Origin: Prochlorococcus sp. AG-670-M15
GTDB lineage: Bacteria > Cyanobacteriota > Cyanobacteriia > PCC-6307 > Cyanobiaceae
Direction: 5' to 3'
DNA: 64,000 bases
Assembly (NCBI GenBank): GCA_003211415.1
Contig: QCSV01000002.1
Span: forward strand, 6,204 to 70,203
Positions 18,011 to 28,380 of this stretch are shown here, one piece after another; position 1 is the first letter of the stretch; each line of letters opens with the position of its first letter. The notes beneath the pieces are model-generated. The model saw nothing but the letters and a program-made list of their open reading frames with translations, did not search any database and was not told the DNA's origin. A program made the position numbers and the translations under genes.

Positions 18011-19574
18011 TAATTAACTCAAGATCACTCAGTGAAATTATTCCTGCTCCATTAAAAATAGGTTTTGATATTTTATTTTGAGACCATGCTTTTTGAGAGG
18101 ATATCCAAATAGGAATATAAGGTATTGAACTTGCTGCTATTTTTTCAATTTCAACAAGTTTTTCTAATCTTTTAATTCCACTTATTTTTTCACTCTCAAG
18201 AAATAAACTTTCCACTTTGTTAGATCCCCAAAAACTACCGCTGTAAACTGATTCTCCTTTTTTACATATGCCATCAACTATTTCATTACAACTTAAAAGA
18301 GGGGTTAGATAGGCCTCTGGATCTGAATAAGCCCCAGTCCAATCGAGAATAACTGCAGTATAAATTCCTAAACTTAGATTCTTATAAACTGTTGTAGATT
18401 CAACACCATTAAGTTTAATATCAATACAATCTTTCAAAGAACTTTTAATTTCTTCTTGCCATGTCAGAGCAATAAGCTTGTCAGCTGGTACATTCGATCT
18501 ATAAGTAAGGGGAATTTTTAGGATATTTCCATTGCAATAATTTTCTTTTTGCAATAACCTTCTCGCTTCTAAATAATCATATTTAGGCCACAGTTCTTGA
18601 TTATCTTTTTTTAATATCGGAGGAATAATTGACCTTGATGGCTTCCTTAATCCATAACTTACTTTCTCACTAATCAATTTTCTATTAAGACTTTTTGCCA
18701 AAGCCAGTCTTAAATTAAGATTATTTAAGGGATAAGAACTAGTTTTAAGGCTTATAAAACTTAATTCAGTGAAAGGACTATTACCTTCATTAAACTGTTT
18801 ATTTTTGCTTAAATTATTTAAACTTTTTCTCTGACTATCATCAATTGAATTTGATAAAAGCACGTCAATTTGTTTACTTTTTAAAGCCCCAAAAAGAGAA
18901 GATGAATTTGAATATCCCACAAAATTTACGCCATTATTTAAGGGCTTTTCACCCCAATAATTCAAATATGGATCAATTGATTGAACTTCATTAGAAAAAC
19001 TGGTCAGCACATACTTGCCAGTACCAACAAATTTCTCATTTAGAAACTTATCAGAATATTGTTTGTAAAATGTAGGAGATATTGGAGTTAAATTTACTGA
19101 TGTGAGTAAACCATTTAAAGAACTTGATGGTTTATTCAGATTTATAATGACTGAATATTCACTAGGCGTTTCTATTGATTTAATCTTATTTCCTAAAATA
19201 TAATTCATTGTTCCAATTCTTTTGAATCTATCAAAGGTAAACTTTATAGCATTTGAGTTAAATGTAGTTCCATCGTGAAAAAAAACATTCTTTCTTAAAT
19301 TGATAGTTAGTTGAAGTCTATCCTCTGAAATAATTGGCATCCCCGAAGCCAATTCAGGGATTAATTCTCCATCAGAATTTAATTCATATAATGTGTCCCC
19401 TAGAGAACTGATTAATTGAATTGATTTAAGAGTATTTGCTCTAGCAGGATCTAAAGATTCAATTTTTCCAGAACTTGCTACTGTTATTTTTTTAGATATT
19501 CTTTTTGAGCCACAAGAATTCTGTAAAAAAGAAATTAAAATAATAAATATAGATAAAACAACTTTTTTTTTCAT
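18003..19574 (-). CDS. dppA: Family 5 ABC solute-binding lipoprotein (peptide/nickel)
   Basis: Lipobox-like NSCG; SLDP, FHDGT and VGTGKY. Confidence 0.8.
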   Translation of the reverse strand: MKKKVVLSIFIILISFLQNSCGSKRISKKITVASSGKIESLDPARANTLKSIQLISSLGDTLYELNSDGELIPELASGMPIISEDRLQLTINLRKNVFFHDGTTFNSNAIKFTFDRFKRIGTMNYILGNKIKSIETPSEYSVIINLNKPSSSLNGLLTSVNLTPISPTFYKQYSDKFLNEKFVGTGKYVLTSFSNEVQSIDPYLNYWGEKPLNNGVNFVGYSNSSSLFGALKSKQIDVLLSNSIDDSQRKSLNNLSKNKQFNEGNSPFTELSFISLKTSSYPLNNLNLRLALAKSLNRKLISEKVSYGLRKPSRSIIPPILKKDNQELWPKYDYLEARRLLQKENYCNGNILKIPLTYRSNVPADKLIALTWQEEIKSSLKDCIDIKLNGVESTTVYKNLSLGIYTAVILDWTGAYSDPEAYLTPLLSCNEIVDGICKKGESVYSGSFWGSNKVESLFLESEKISGIKRLEKLVEIEKIAASSIPYIPIWISSQKAWSQNKISKPIFNGAGIISLSDLELINE

Positions 19575-19849
19575 ATTTCATAATTACTTAATTTTTCTGA
19601 AGAATTATTTGAGCAATAAATTTGTAAAGTTATTTGACTTATTTCTAAAGCAAATGTTTTTTTAGAATTACAGGCAAAAGGCCACTCTCTCACCCAACAA
19701 ATTTCTTTACCTATATTTAAACCAATTACTTGAAAAGTCTTATTGCTATTTTTAATTTTTACACAAGCTCCTTTATAAAGGTGTTCAGAAAAAATTAAAT
19801 TATTATCTAATAGTTTTGAATGAATCATTAAGGTGCTAAAAACAAACAC
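19571..19849 (-). CDS. Hypothetical protein
   Basis: FQVIG...CWVREWP; overlaps dppA start. Confidence 0.6.
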   Translation of the reverse strand: MFVFSTLMIHSKLLDNNLIFSEHLYKGACVKIKNSNKTFQVIGLNIGKEICWVREWPFACNSKKTFALEISQITLQIYCSNNSSEKLSNYEI

Positions 19850-19898
19850 TTACTTTCTTCGGTTTACCAAGCTATAAAGAAATTTGCAAACTATTTTT

Positions 19899-21200
19899 CT
19901 AAATACAACTTAATTGACTTGCAATAATTTTAACCTCATTAAGAGAATTTATTTCATCTTTAGATCTCTCAAAATCTCCATTATTCACCTCATGAGTAAT
20001 AACAACAATTTCAGCTTTATCCTCACTTGCATCAAGTTGAACAATTGATTCAATTGATACATTATTCTTTCCAAAAATATCTCCAATCTTTCCTATGACA
20101 CCCGGACTATCAAGACAAATAATTCTTAGGTAATTTTTTTTATTTATTTGTGAAGATTCGATGATATGACATTTTCTCCAGAAATTAAAAGATAATAATG
20201 GATCGATTGAATTATTATTTTTTACTGAGGAGGCATGCAGATTTAATATATCTGATACTACTGATGCAGCAGTTGGGCCACTCCCTGCACCTGGACCATA
20301 TAACATTATCTCTCCAAGAGGATCAGCCTCTATCAATAAGGCATTATTAACTCCTTTAACTGTTGCCAATGGATGAGATTTTGGAATCAAAGAAGGTCCT
20401 ACCCAAATATTCAAAGCGAGTGAATCATTACTATTAATTTGTCCCCTTTCGGAGAGCGCTAAAAGTTTTATTTCAAACCCTAATTTATTGGCATATTCGA
20501 TATCCTTGAGATTGATTTTACTAATGCCCTCAGAGTGAATCTCCTCTCTTTTGATTTTCCCTCCAAATGCAAGTTCACTAAGAATTGAAATCTTATCAGC
20601 AGCATCATGGCCCTCAACATCTGCAGTTGGATCAAATTCTGCATACCCAAGGCTTTGGGCTAAATTCAAGGTCTCCCTGTAATCAGCTTTTTCATTTGTC
20701 ATCTTTGAGAGAATAAAATTTGTTGTGCCATTTATTATCCCAACCATTTTTTTTATACTGTTACTTTTAAATGATCTTTTTAAGGGTTCAATTATAGGAA
20801 TCCCCCCGCAAACTGCCGCCTCTGACAATATATAAACTCCTTCTTTAGATGCTGTTTTATATATTTCTTCTCCATATCTTGCAATGACTGCTTTATTTGC
20901 TGTAACGACAGATTTACCTAATTTTAATGATTGCAGAATAATATCTTTCGCCAAATCAACTCCACCCATAACTTCAACAATTACATCTATAGAGGGGTCA
21001 TTAATTAATTTAAATGGATCATCAGTTAATAAATTATTATCTAGCTCAATATCCCTTTTTTTATTAAGATCTTTAACTGCTATTTTTGCAATTTCTATGT
21101 CTTTTAGAATTGGATGCGAATCAACATCAGAACATAATATTTTATAAATCCCTGAACCTACAGTTCCAAAACCTACAATCCCAATTTTGCATTTTCTCAT
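19899..21200 (-). CDS. thrA: Homoserine dehydrogenase
   Basis: GFGTVG, TANK, NGTTNF and GYAE.DPT.D motifs; C-terminal ACT domain. Confidence 0.95.
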   Translation of the reverse strand: MRKCKIGIVGFGTVGSGIYKILCSDVDSHPILKDIEIAKIAVKDLNKKRDIELDNNLLTDDPFKLINDPSIDVIVEVMGGVDLAKDIILQSLKLGKSVVTANKAVIARYGEEIYKTASKEGVYILSEAAVCGGIPIIEPLKRSFKSNSIKKMVGIINGTTNFILSKMTNEKADYRETLNLAQSLGYAEFDPTADVEGHDAADKISILSELAFGGKIKREEIHSEGISKINLKDIEYANKLGFEIKLLALSERGQINSNDSLALNIWVGPSLIPKSHPLATVKGVNNALLIEADPLGEIMLYGPGAGSGPTAASVVSDILNLHASSVKNNNSIDPLLSFNFWRKCHIIESSQINKKNYLRIICLDSPGVIGKIGDIFGKNNVSIESIVQLDASEDKAEIVVITHEVNNGDFERSKDEINSLNEVKIIASQLSCI

Positions 21201-21244
21201 TTTTTATTTCTTATAACTTTGAGTTTAATTTTATATTATTAGGC

Positions 21245-21664
21245 CTACAAAAATTCATTTGCTTGAGACTGCATTTTCAATAATATGTTTAAAAAACCAT
21301 TTGACCTAGAAGGAGTTAAGCTTGATCTTAAACCAGTATCTTCAATAAATTTCTTATCTATTTTAATAACCTCATTTGGAGTTAATTCATTTAACCCAGT
21401 AATTAAAAATGCTAATAAACCCTTGGTTATTAGGGCATCAGAATATCCTTCCCAAAATAATTTACCGCCTATAATATTTGCCTTAACAAAAACTTCTGAA
21501 ACGCATCCCTTAACTTTATTTTTTTCAACAAGGATTTCTTTACCTGGTTCTTTCAATTTTTTACCTAACCACAAAATGTATTCATATTTTCTTTTTGGAT
21601 CTTCTGATTTCTTCAACTTTTCTACTAATCCTGATAAATTATTGTATTTTTCCTGATTTTCCAT
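21245..21664 (-). CDS. sufE: SufE family Fe-S assembly protein
   Basis: VKGCVSEV, SDALITKGL and LTPSRSNG. Confidence 0.93.
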   Translation of the reverse strand: MENQEKYNNLSGLVEKLKKSEDPKRKYEYILWLGKKLKEPGKEILVEKNKVKGCVSEVFVKANIIGGKLFWEGYSDALITKGLLAFLITGLNELTPNEVIKIDKKFIEDTGLRSSLTPSRSNGFLNILLKMQSQANEFL

Positions 21665-21702
21665 TTTTTAAACTATAAATTAATCACTTTAATAGTTCTC
21701 TA

Positions 21703-22260
21703 TTATACAAAAATTTCTTTTTCTGTGATAAACCCTGATAAAGGAATATCCCACTCAGCTCTGGTTAATGGAATTGTACTTACACAATTGGAAGTTAATA
21801 CTCCAATGCATGGAACATTTCTCCAATTATTATCTTTCCTTAATTTATCAAAATAACCTCCCCCATAACCTAATCTTATTAAATTTTTATCTACAGAAAG
21901 ACATGGGACAAGAATCATACTTATCTGGTTATAACTTAATGAAAAAGAGTTATTTGGACTTAGTATCCCCTCAGAATCTTTTGTGAGAGGTTCTTCATCC
22001 CATGGATAAAATAACAATTCATTTTTATCTTTACATCTGGGCAAAGCTAAAGAAAATTTTTCCTTAAGACTCCTAATATCTACTTCATTTCTTAGAGGCC
22101 AATATATTGCTATGTAACCAATATTTTTATATTCCTTAATAAATGAGTCAACATATAATTTTACATTCTTTTTTACATTTTCTCTTTGATTTGGAGAAAT
22201 CTCATCTCTAAGTTTTATAAAGTTATGCCTCTCCAATTTCTTTTTTTCAGAAATAGTCAT
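21703..22260 (-). CDS. 5-formyltetrahydrofolate cyclo-ligase
   Basis: RLGYGGGYFD and WDIPL. Confidence 0.92.
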   Translation of the reverse strand: MTISEKKKLERHNFIKLRDEISPNQRENVKKNVKLYVDSFIKEYKNIGYIAIYWPLRNEVDIRSLKEKFSLALPRCKDKNELLFYPWDEEPLTKDSEGILSPNNSFSLSYNQISMILVPCLSVDKNLIRLGYGGGYFDKLRKDNNWRNVPCIGVLTSNCVSTIPLTRAEWDIPLSGFITEKEIFV

Positions 22261-22269
22261 ATTGAATCT

Positions 22270-22743
22270 TCAGTTAATGCCATCTTCATTTAGTTTTGTG
22301 AGTGCTATAGCCAATGCATCTGCTGAATCATCAGGTTTTGGAGGTTTGTTAAGATCTAAATTACACATAACAGCATCAAGAATATCTTTCTTAGATGCCT
22401 TTCCAGACCCGGCAATTGTTAATTTTATCTGAGCAGGTGAATATTCACTAACATGGATTTTTTTAGAGGCCAAAACCATCATAATCACGCCTCTAGCCTG
22501 CACCACACTAATGGTAGTGCTTGACCTGTAAAAGAAAAATTTTTCTACCGCTGCTACAGTTGGTTTCCAATGATTTATTAATTCATTAAGATCTTGGAAT
22601 ATCTCATGAAGTCTATCTTCTTCTTTTTTATCTTTACCTGTCTCAATAATCCCGCAATCTAATAATATCTTTCTTTCATTTTTTATTTCAATTATTCCAT
22701 AACCAACTCTAGCTAATCCAGGATCAATTCCAATTATTCTCAC
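22270..22743 (-). CDS. ruvC: Holliday junction resolvase
   Basis: GIDPG, VEKFFF and [10 protein letters not shown]. Confidence 0.96.
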   Translation of the reverse strand: MRIIGIDPGLARVGYGIIEIKNERKILLDCGIIETGKDKKEEDRLHEIFQDLNELINHWKPTVAAVEKFFFYRSSTTISVVQARGVIMMVLASKKIHVSEYSPAQIKLTIAGSGKASKKDILDAVMCNLDLNKPPKPDDSADALAIALTKLNEDGIN

Positions 22744-22748
22744 TGTAA

Positions 22749-23837
22749 TTAAGCTTCTGCAGACAATTGAAATTTTGAAAGATTTTCTTTTTCATCTAAA
22801 TCGAATACTTTACAAAAAGCCTGAATAACTCTTTCACCTGAATCAACTTGTTCTAAAGGATCTTTTCTTAGTCTATGTCTTAAAGAACAAGAAATAACCC
22901 TTGCTATGTCATCTTCTTGAACTTCTGTTCTGCCCTCAAAGGCTGCAATTGCCCTTGCAGACCTATTTGTAACAATATCTCCACGTAAACCATCAACATC
23001 TAGTTCTCCGCAGATTGCAGAAATGTTCAATCTTAGGTCATCATCCATCTGTACAGAATTTAATATCTCTTGTGCTTTAATAACCTTTTGTTGAAGTTCA
23101 TCCTGTTGTTTCTCAACACTCAATGAAAACTCATCAGGATTATCATCAAAAGAAGTTCTTTGATCTACTACTTGAACTCTTAATTCAGCATCTCTAACTG
23201 TCTTAACCTCAACACTCATTCCAAACCTATCCAATAATTGAGGCCTTAATTCACCTTCTTCTGGGTTGCCTGAACCAATAAGGACAAACCTCGCAGGATG
23301 TCGAACTGAAACTCCCTCCCTTTCAACTGTATTCCATCCGGAAGCCGCCGAATCTAGAAGTACATCAACTAAATGATCATCAAGCAAATTTACTTCATCA
23401 ACGTAAAGTAAACCCCTATTAGCTTTAGCCAACAATCCAGGTTCGAATGCCTTAACACCTTCACTCAAAGCCTTCTCTATATCAATGGTTCCACAAAGCC
23501 TGTCTTCAGTTGCTCCTAAGGGCAAGTCAACCATAGGTACCTGTTTTTGAATACTCTCTAGATTTTCTCCTTGAGTAATTTTTTCCAAAACTTCTTTACT
23601 TTGTAAATCAGGATCAACTAGAGAACTATTATATGGATCGTCTTTAACAACATTGATTGCAGGCAACAAATCAGCTAAGGCTCTGATCGTAGTGGACTTT
23701 CCAGTCCCTCTGTCACCCATTATCATCACTCCTCCAATTCTTGGATCAATAACATTTAACAAGAGAGCCAATTTCATTTCTTCTTGACCAATTACTGCTG
23801 TAAAAGGAAAAACTCTTCTTTTCTTTGTTGTAGTCAC
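22749..23837 (-). CDS. chlI: Magnesium chelatase subunit I
   Basis: [22 protein letters not shown] and [10 protein letters not shown]. Confidence 0.97.
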   Translation of the reverse strand: MTTTKKRRVFPFTAVIGQEEMKLALLLNVIDPRIGGVMIMGDRGTGKSTTIRALADLLPAINVVKDDPYNSSLVDPDLQSKEVLEKITQGENLESIQKQVPMVDLPLGATEDRLCGTIDIEKALSEGVKAFEPGLLAKANRGLLYVDEVNLLDDHLVDVLLDSAASGWNTVEREGVSVRHPARFVLIGSGNPEEGELRPQLLDRFGMSVEVKTVRDAELRVQVVDQRTSFDDNPDEFSLSVEKQQDELQQKVIKAQEILNSVQMDDDLRLNISAICGELDVDGLRGDIVTNRSARAIAAFEGRTEVQEDDIARVISCSLRHRLRKDPLEQVDSGERVIQAFCKVFDLDEKENLSKFQLSAEA

Positions 23838-23959
23838 AGTTTTAGTTTTCTTAAATATTCAAATAATCAATAGATGTTACTTCAGAAAATGTTTTTAGTA
23901 AATATCCCTTTCAAATTAAAACAACAGGTTTAAAAATAACTAATCAAATTTATACTTGC

Positions 23960-24706
23960 TTATTTTTTATTTGAATTGTTCAAAAACCAGTTTATTTGAT
24001 GGACAATTCCTCTTAAAACATTTATTTCGTGTATTGATGTATTTGCCCTTAAAATAAAATTCTTAAATTTACTTATTTTTGGCTTAGAAGTATGTTTTAA
24101 GAGATATCCAACTCGCAAAAGCATTTTTTCTATCTCCACAAATGCATCATGTACTTCTTTAGTTGATGCTAAGTTAAAAACTTTTAATTCATTATTTAAA
24201 TTATTCTTCGAAGATTTATTTAATTCGTACAAAACTATTGAAACAGCGTGAGAAAGATTTAATGAAGGATTATTCTGAGAAGTTGGGATATTAAAAGTTT
24301 TATTTGCTAGAAGCAATTCACTGTTAGTTAAACCTCTATCTTCCCTTCCAAATATAATTGCTAAATTATTTATCTTCTTAAAGGATAAAGTCCAACCAAA
24401 TATATCTTCAAAAGATCCAAAAAATGAATCTTTCTTTACATCAATCCTTCCACAAGATGCCAGAACTAAATCACAATCAAAAATTGCTTTTTGAAGATTA
24501 TCAAAAATCTTACAATGTTCAATAAATTTTTGACCTTTAAGGGCCATTTTTTTTGCTTCTAAAGAAAATATATCGCATTTCGGAGAAACAATTCTTAATT
24601 CATCAACTTCAAAATTACTGCATAATCTAGCAACGCTCCCTACATTTAAAGGACCATTTGGTTCAACTAATATTACTTTTAAATTAGAAAAATTTCTCAA
24701 AGTCAT
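23960..24706 (-). CDS. SPOUT (TrmH/TrmJ-family) RNA methyltransferase
   Basis: NVGSVAR, FGREDRGL and SLNLSHAV. Confidence 0.9.
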   Translation of the reverse strand: MTLRNFSNLKVILVEPNGPLNVGSVARLCSNFEVDELRIVSPKCDIFSLEAKKMALKGQKFIEHCKIFDNLQKAIFDCDLVLASCGRIDVKKDSFFGSFEDIFGWTLSFKKINNLAIIFGREDRGLTNSELLLANKTFNIPTSQNNPSLNLSHAVSIVLYELNKSSKNNLNNELKVFNLASTKEVHDAFVEIEKMLLRVGYLLKHTSKPKISKFKNFILRANTSIHEINVLRGIVHQINWFLNNSNKK

Positions 24707-25089
24707 TCAAGGCTATGAAGATATTTTAATAAATTGGACATATTTACAGGATCAATTTCAAAACTAGGCATAGGAGGAGTAAGGCCTCCAGTAACTTGCT
24801 TTATTATCTCTTTATCATTCAAACGTTGAGTTATTGAGTGTAAGTCTGGCCCCACTAATCCTCTTGCTGTAATTCCATGACATCCAACACAATTTATCTT
24901 AAAAAGAGCATCTCCTTCCTCAGCAGAGCCATTAAGCTCGAGAGTTTCAATAACGTATTTGCTATTTTCATGATGATTTACGAAAAATATTGAAAAACAA
25001 ATTATTAAAACTCCAAATACTATAAGAAAATTTTTTAAGAATTCTCTTTTAAAGTCCCTAACTGCTGCAGTTGATGAAGTTGTTGACAC
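24703..25089 (-). CDS. cytM: Cytochrome cM
   Basis: CVGCH heme motif, GPDL and PPMP; N-terminal TM. Confidence 0.85.
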   Translation of the reverse strand: MSTTSSTAAVRDFKREFLKNFLIVFGVLIICFSIFFVNHHENSKYVIETLELNGSAEEGDALFKINCVGCHGITARGLVGPDLHSITQRLNDKEIIKQVTGGLTPPMPSFEIDPVNMSNLLKYLHSLE

Positions 25090-25144
25090 AAAAAATAGTC
25101 TCTATGTAACAATTGTGGATAAGAAATTCAAAAAAGGCAAAAAA

Positions 25145-25264
25145 ATGATCGAGCCTCTTCTATGTGGAATTGTTTTAGGTTTAGTTCCAATAACTCTTCT
25201 TGGATTATTTGTAAGTGCATGGAACCAATACAGAAGAGGTTCAGGGATGCTAGACATTGATTAA
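25145..25264 (+). CDS. petG: Cytochrome b6f subunit V (39 aa)
   Basis: Hand translation [39 protein letters not shown]; not in ORF track. Confidence 0.96.
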   Translation: MIEPLLCGIVLGLVPITLLGLFVSAWNQYRRGSGMLDID

Positions 25265-25840
25265 AAATGTCAATCTTGACTGCCCATAATTTCTTACATC
25301 TATAGTTTCCCACAAATTACTTTTTTTAATAAATATGTTTGGAGAATGTTCACAAATAACTATTGCATCTTTTTTTAAAAAATTACAATTAAATAATTGA
25401 TTTAAAACTAATTCATGTAAATCAACATTGTATGGAGGATCTAGATAAACAAAATCAAATTTTAATTTTTTCAAATCCATATTTTTAGAAGATAAGTTTC
25501 TTTCGTAATTTGGTTTTGTCCATTTTAAAACGTCATTACAAATAACTTCGATATCATTTTTCCTATTCTCTATATTCTCCAACGAGAGTAAATTTTCTAA
25601 GCAAATTTTTGAGTTGATTTTATTTTTTTCAATTGCAATTATTTTTCTTGCCCCGTGATTATAGGCTTCACAAGATATAGCCCCTGTTCCACTAAATAAA
25701 TCTAACCAGTTACTATTTTCAACTCTATTCTTCAATATATTAAATATGGCCTCTCTCACTCTTAAAGTTGTAGGTCTGGTATAAGAATTAATTGGACTTT
25801 GGAGTTTTTTACCACCTATTAATCTTAAGTTTGTCTTCAT
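25250..25840 (-). CDS. rsmD: 16S rRNA m2G966 methyltransferase
   Basis: [19 protein letters not shown] and DPPY. Confidence 0.92.
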   Translation of the reverse strand: MKTNLRLIGGKKLQSPINSYTRPTTLRVREAIFNILKNRVENSNWLDLFSGTGAISCEAYNHGARKIIAIEKNKINSKICLENLLSLENIENRKNDIEVICNDVLKWTKPNYERNLSSKNMDLKKLKFDFVYLDPPYNVDLHELVLNQLFNCNFLKKDAIVICEHSPNIFIKKSNLWETIDVRNYGQSRLTFLINV

Positions 25841-25853
25841 CAGTAATTATCAA

Positions 25854-26471
25854 TTATTGAATATTACTAAGCCATCGTCTCAAAAGTTTTTCACCGGTTT
25901 TTCCAGATTTTTCAGGATGAAATTGACAGGCCAATAAATTATCATTCTCAATCATTGCAGTTAATTTTTCAGAGCCATAATAAACTTGAGCTGCAATAAT
26001 ATTTACGTCATCTGGGATTGCATGATAGGAATGCACAAAATAGACCCAATTATTTAATTCTTCAAGCCCAAATAAAGTATTTCTTTTTGTAGGTAAAAGT
26101 TGGCACCAACCCATGTGTGGAATTCTTTGGTTAACAATATTAGGTATTTTTTGTATTTTTCCTTTTAAAATTCCCAGCCCTTGAACTTCTCCTTCTTCAC
26201 TAGATTCAAAAAGTAGTTGGAGACCTAGACAGATCCCCAGAAAAGAATTCCCACTTTTAATCCAGTTTTTCAAATCATTTATCAAATCCGTATTAATAAG
26301 ATTATTCATCGCAGGATCAAATGCTCCAACTCCTGGAAGTATTATCGCCTTACAAAGCTTAGACTCATTAAAGTTTTTAATTAATATTATTTCTTCTCCA
26401 AGACTTTCTAGAGATTTTGTTACAGAATGAATGTTACCCATACCGTAATCTATAAGTCCAATTTTATGCAA
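25854..26471 (-). CDS. hisH: Imidazole glycerol phosphate synthase glutaminase subunit
   Basis: PGVG, GICLGLQ and QFHPEKS. Confidence 0.97.
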   Translation of the reverse strand: MHKIGLIDYGMGNIHSVTKSLESLGEEIILIKNFNESKLCKAIILPGVGAFDPAMNNLINTDLINDLKNWIKSGNSFLGICLGLQLLFESSEEGEVQGLGILKGKIQKIPNIVNQRIPHMGWCQLLPTKRNTLFGLEELNNWVYFVHSYHAIPDDVNIIAAQVYYGSEKLTAMIENDNLLACQFHPEKSGKTGEKLLRRWLSNIQ

Positions 26472-26482
26472 AGCTTTTAGAT

Positions 26483-26806
26483 TTATAAATGCTTAGTTAA
26501 GGTGCTCGAAAGAGTTGCTTTTGGTACAGCTCCAACTACGGTATCAACCTTTTGACCTCCTTTAAAAATCATTAATGTTGGGATACTTCTAATTCCGTAT
26601 TGACTGGCAACATTTGGATTCTCATCTGTGTTTAATTTAAAAACTTTAATTTTCCCTTCAAAGTCTTTTGAGATTTCTTCTACAACTGGTGCAACCATCC
26701 TACAGGGGCCACACCATGGAGCCCAAAAATCGACCAATACTGGTAGATCACTTTGCAGTACATCCTTGTCAAATGAAGAATCAGTTACGGCTGGAGCTGA
26801 TGACAT
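26483..26806 (-). CDS. trxA: Thioredoxin (m-type)
   Basis: WAPWCGPC. Confidence 0.97.
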   Translation of the reverse strand: MSSAPAVTDSSFDKDVLQSDLPVLVDFWAPWCGPCRMVAPVVEEISKDFEGKIKVFKLNTDENPNVASQYGIRSIPTLMIFKGGQKVDTVVGAVPKATLSSTLTKHL

Positions 26807-26897
26807 AATTTAAGTATTCCTTTTTGAAAATTTAGCAGGCAATTCTTTTAAGTGATGATTTCATTACAGATAACATAATATAAGTAACAAAATATCT

Positions 26898-26954
26898 AAA
26901 AAAGCCCGATTAATCGGGCGATTTAGTGTGTGAGGAGTATGGGGTTTCCCCCAT
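26898..26954 (-). ncRNA. yfr1: Yfr1 small RNA
   Basis: ATGGGGGAAACCCCAT hairpin, the conserved ACTCCTCACAC motif (26928-26938), then GCCCGATTAATCGGGC-TTTTTT terminator; canonical guaB-trxA position; TATTAT -10 at 26961-26966. Confidence 0.93.
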
Positions 26955-27036
26955 CGTTTCATAATAGCTCCTAATTAGAAGTTTTTTCAATTTAGTGCTT
27001 GATTCACTAAGATTTTATAGTTTTTCTCCAAATAAA

Positions 27037-28200
27037 CTACTTACCCATCCCAAGCTGCTGAGCTTTTTGATAAACCTTACCTTCAGTAAGAAGCGATGGC
27101 GCGATAACTATTTCGACTTGTTGCATTTCTTTAATGTTTTTTGCTCCAAGAGTACTCATAGATGTTCTGATAGCTCCTAATAAGTTATGTGTTCCATCGT
27201 CAAGTAGTGCAGGGCCTTTAATTATCCTTTCTAAAGATCCTGTAGACCCAACTTCAATTCTTGTACCCCTTGGTAATACAGGACTTGGTGTAGCCATACC
27301 CCAGTGAAATCCTTTACCTGGAGCATTTGAGGATTTAGCTATAGGAGATCCAATCATTACAGCATCTGCACCACATGCTAAACATTTACAAATATCTCCA
27401 CCCGTCACAATTCCTCCATCGCCAATAATAGGAATATAACGACCACTCTCTTTAAAGTAATCATTTCTTGCCGAACTACAATCAGCAATTGCAGTCGCTT
27501 GAGGAATTCCGATTCCCAATACTCCTCTTGAGGTACATGCCGCTCCAGGGCCTATACCAACCATTAATCCTGCTACTCCAGCATCCATGAGAAGTTTTGC
27601 AACTTCATAAGTAACACAATTACCAGCAACGACTGGGACATTCATAGATTGACAGAGATCTTTAATATTTAAGGTTTCTTTACCTTCCATTCCAAGATGT
27701 TCAGTTGAAACAACTGTTCCTTGAAGGAAAAACAAATCTAGTTTGGATTTATTCAGTGTTTCTTTAAACTTTATAGCAGCTTGAGGAGTGCCACTAAAAG
27801 CGGCGATACCTCCTCTTTCTTTGACCTCATTTATTCTTTGTAAGATCAATCCCTGCTTGACCGGTTCACTGTATATCTTCTGCATTAATGGAACAAAATC
27901 ATTCTTCCCAACTGATGCTATTTGATTCAATATTTCATCAGGATTTTCATATCTTGTTTGTATGCCCTCCATATTAATAACCCCTATGGAACCTAATTTT
28001 GTTAGTTCTACAGCCGTATTGACATCGACAACACTGTCCATGGCACTAGCTACGATCGGAACTTCTCTTTTGATATCACCTATTTTCCAAGAAGGATCAG
28101 TCAAATCGTAATCAAGTGTTCTATTACCAGGGACCAAAGCTATTTCATCAATGCCATAAGCCCTTTTGACTTTTTTATTTAAACCAAGTTCAATATTCAC
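27037..28200 (-). CDS. guaB: IMP dehydrogenase family protein (GuaB3-type, no CBS domains)
   Basis: SAMD, GIGPGAACTSR and DGG motifs. Confidence 0.92.
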   Translation of the reverse strand: MNIELGLNKKVKRAYGIDEIALVPGNRTLDYDLTDPSWKIGDIKREVPIVASAMDSVVDVNTAVELTKLGSIGVINMEGIQTRYENPDEILNQIASVGKNDFVPLMQKIYSEPVKQGLILQRINEVKERGGIAAFSGTPQAAIKFKETLNKSKLDLFFLQGTVVSTEHLGMEGKETLNIKDLCQSMNVPVVAGNCVTYEVAKLLMDAGVAGLMVGIGPGAACTSRGVLGIGIPQATAIADCSSARNDYFKESGRYIPIIGDGGIVTGGDICKCLACGADAVMIGSPIAKSSNAPGKGFHWGMATPSPVLPRGTRIEVGSTGSLERIIKGPALLDDGTHNLLGAIRTSMSTLGAKNIKEMQQVEIVIAPSLLTEGKVYQKAQQLGMGK

Positions 28201-28380
28201 GGAATTTTTCTCTTTATTCTGAATAAATTAACAACTAAAGGGGTAATAAGCCAAGGTTTATTCAAAAACAATAGGTTTTATTTTGATTTGTGTGTAAATG
28301 TGAGTATTTGGGAATTAAATAAATATTTTTTTTTATTCATTATGACAATCAGCGATTATTATTAAAAAAAGGATTTTTAT

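Noticed and set aside
25100-25120. tatgtaacaattgtgg between cytM and petG as an RpaB or NtcA site
   Set aside because: Only one half-site; spacing fits neither consensus
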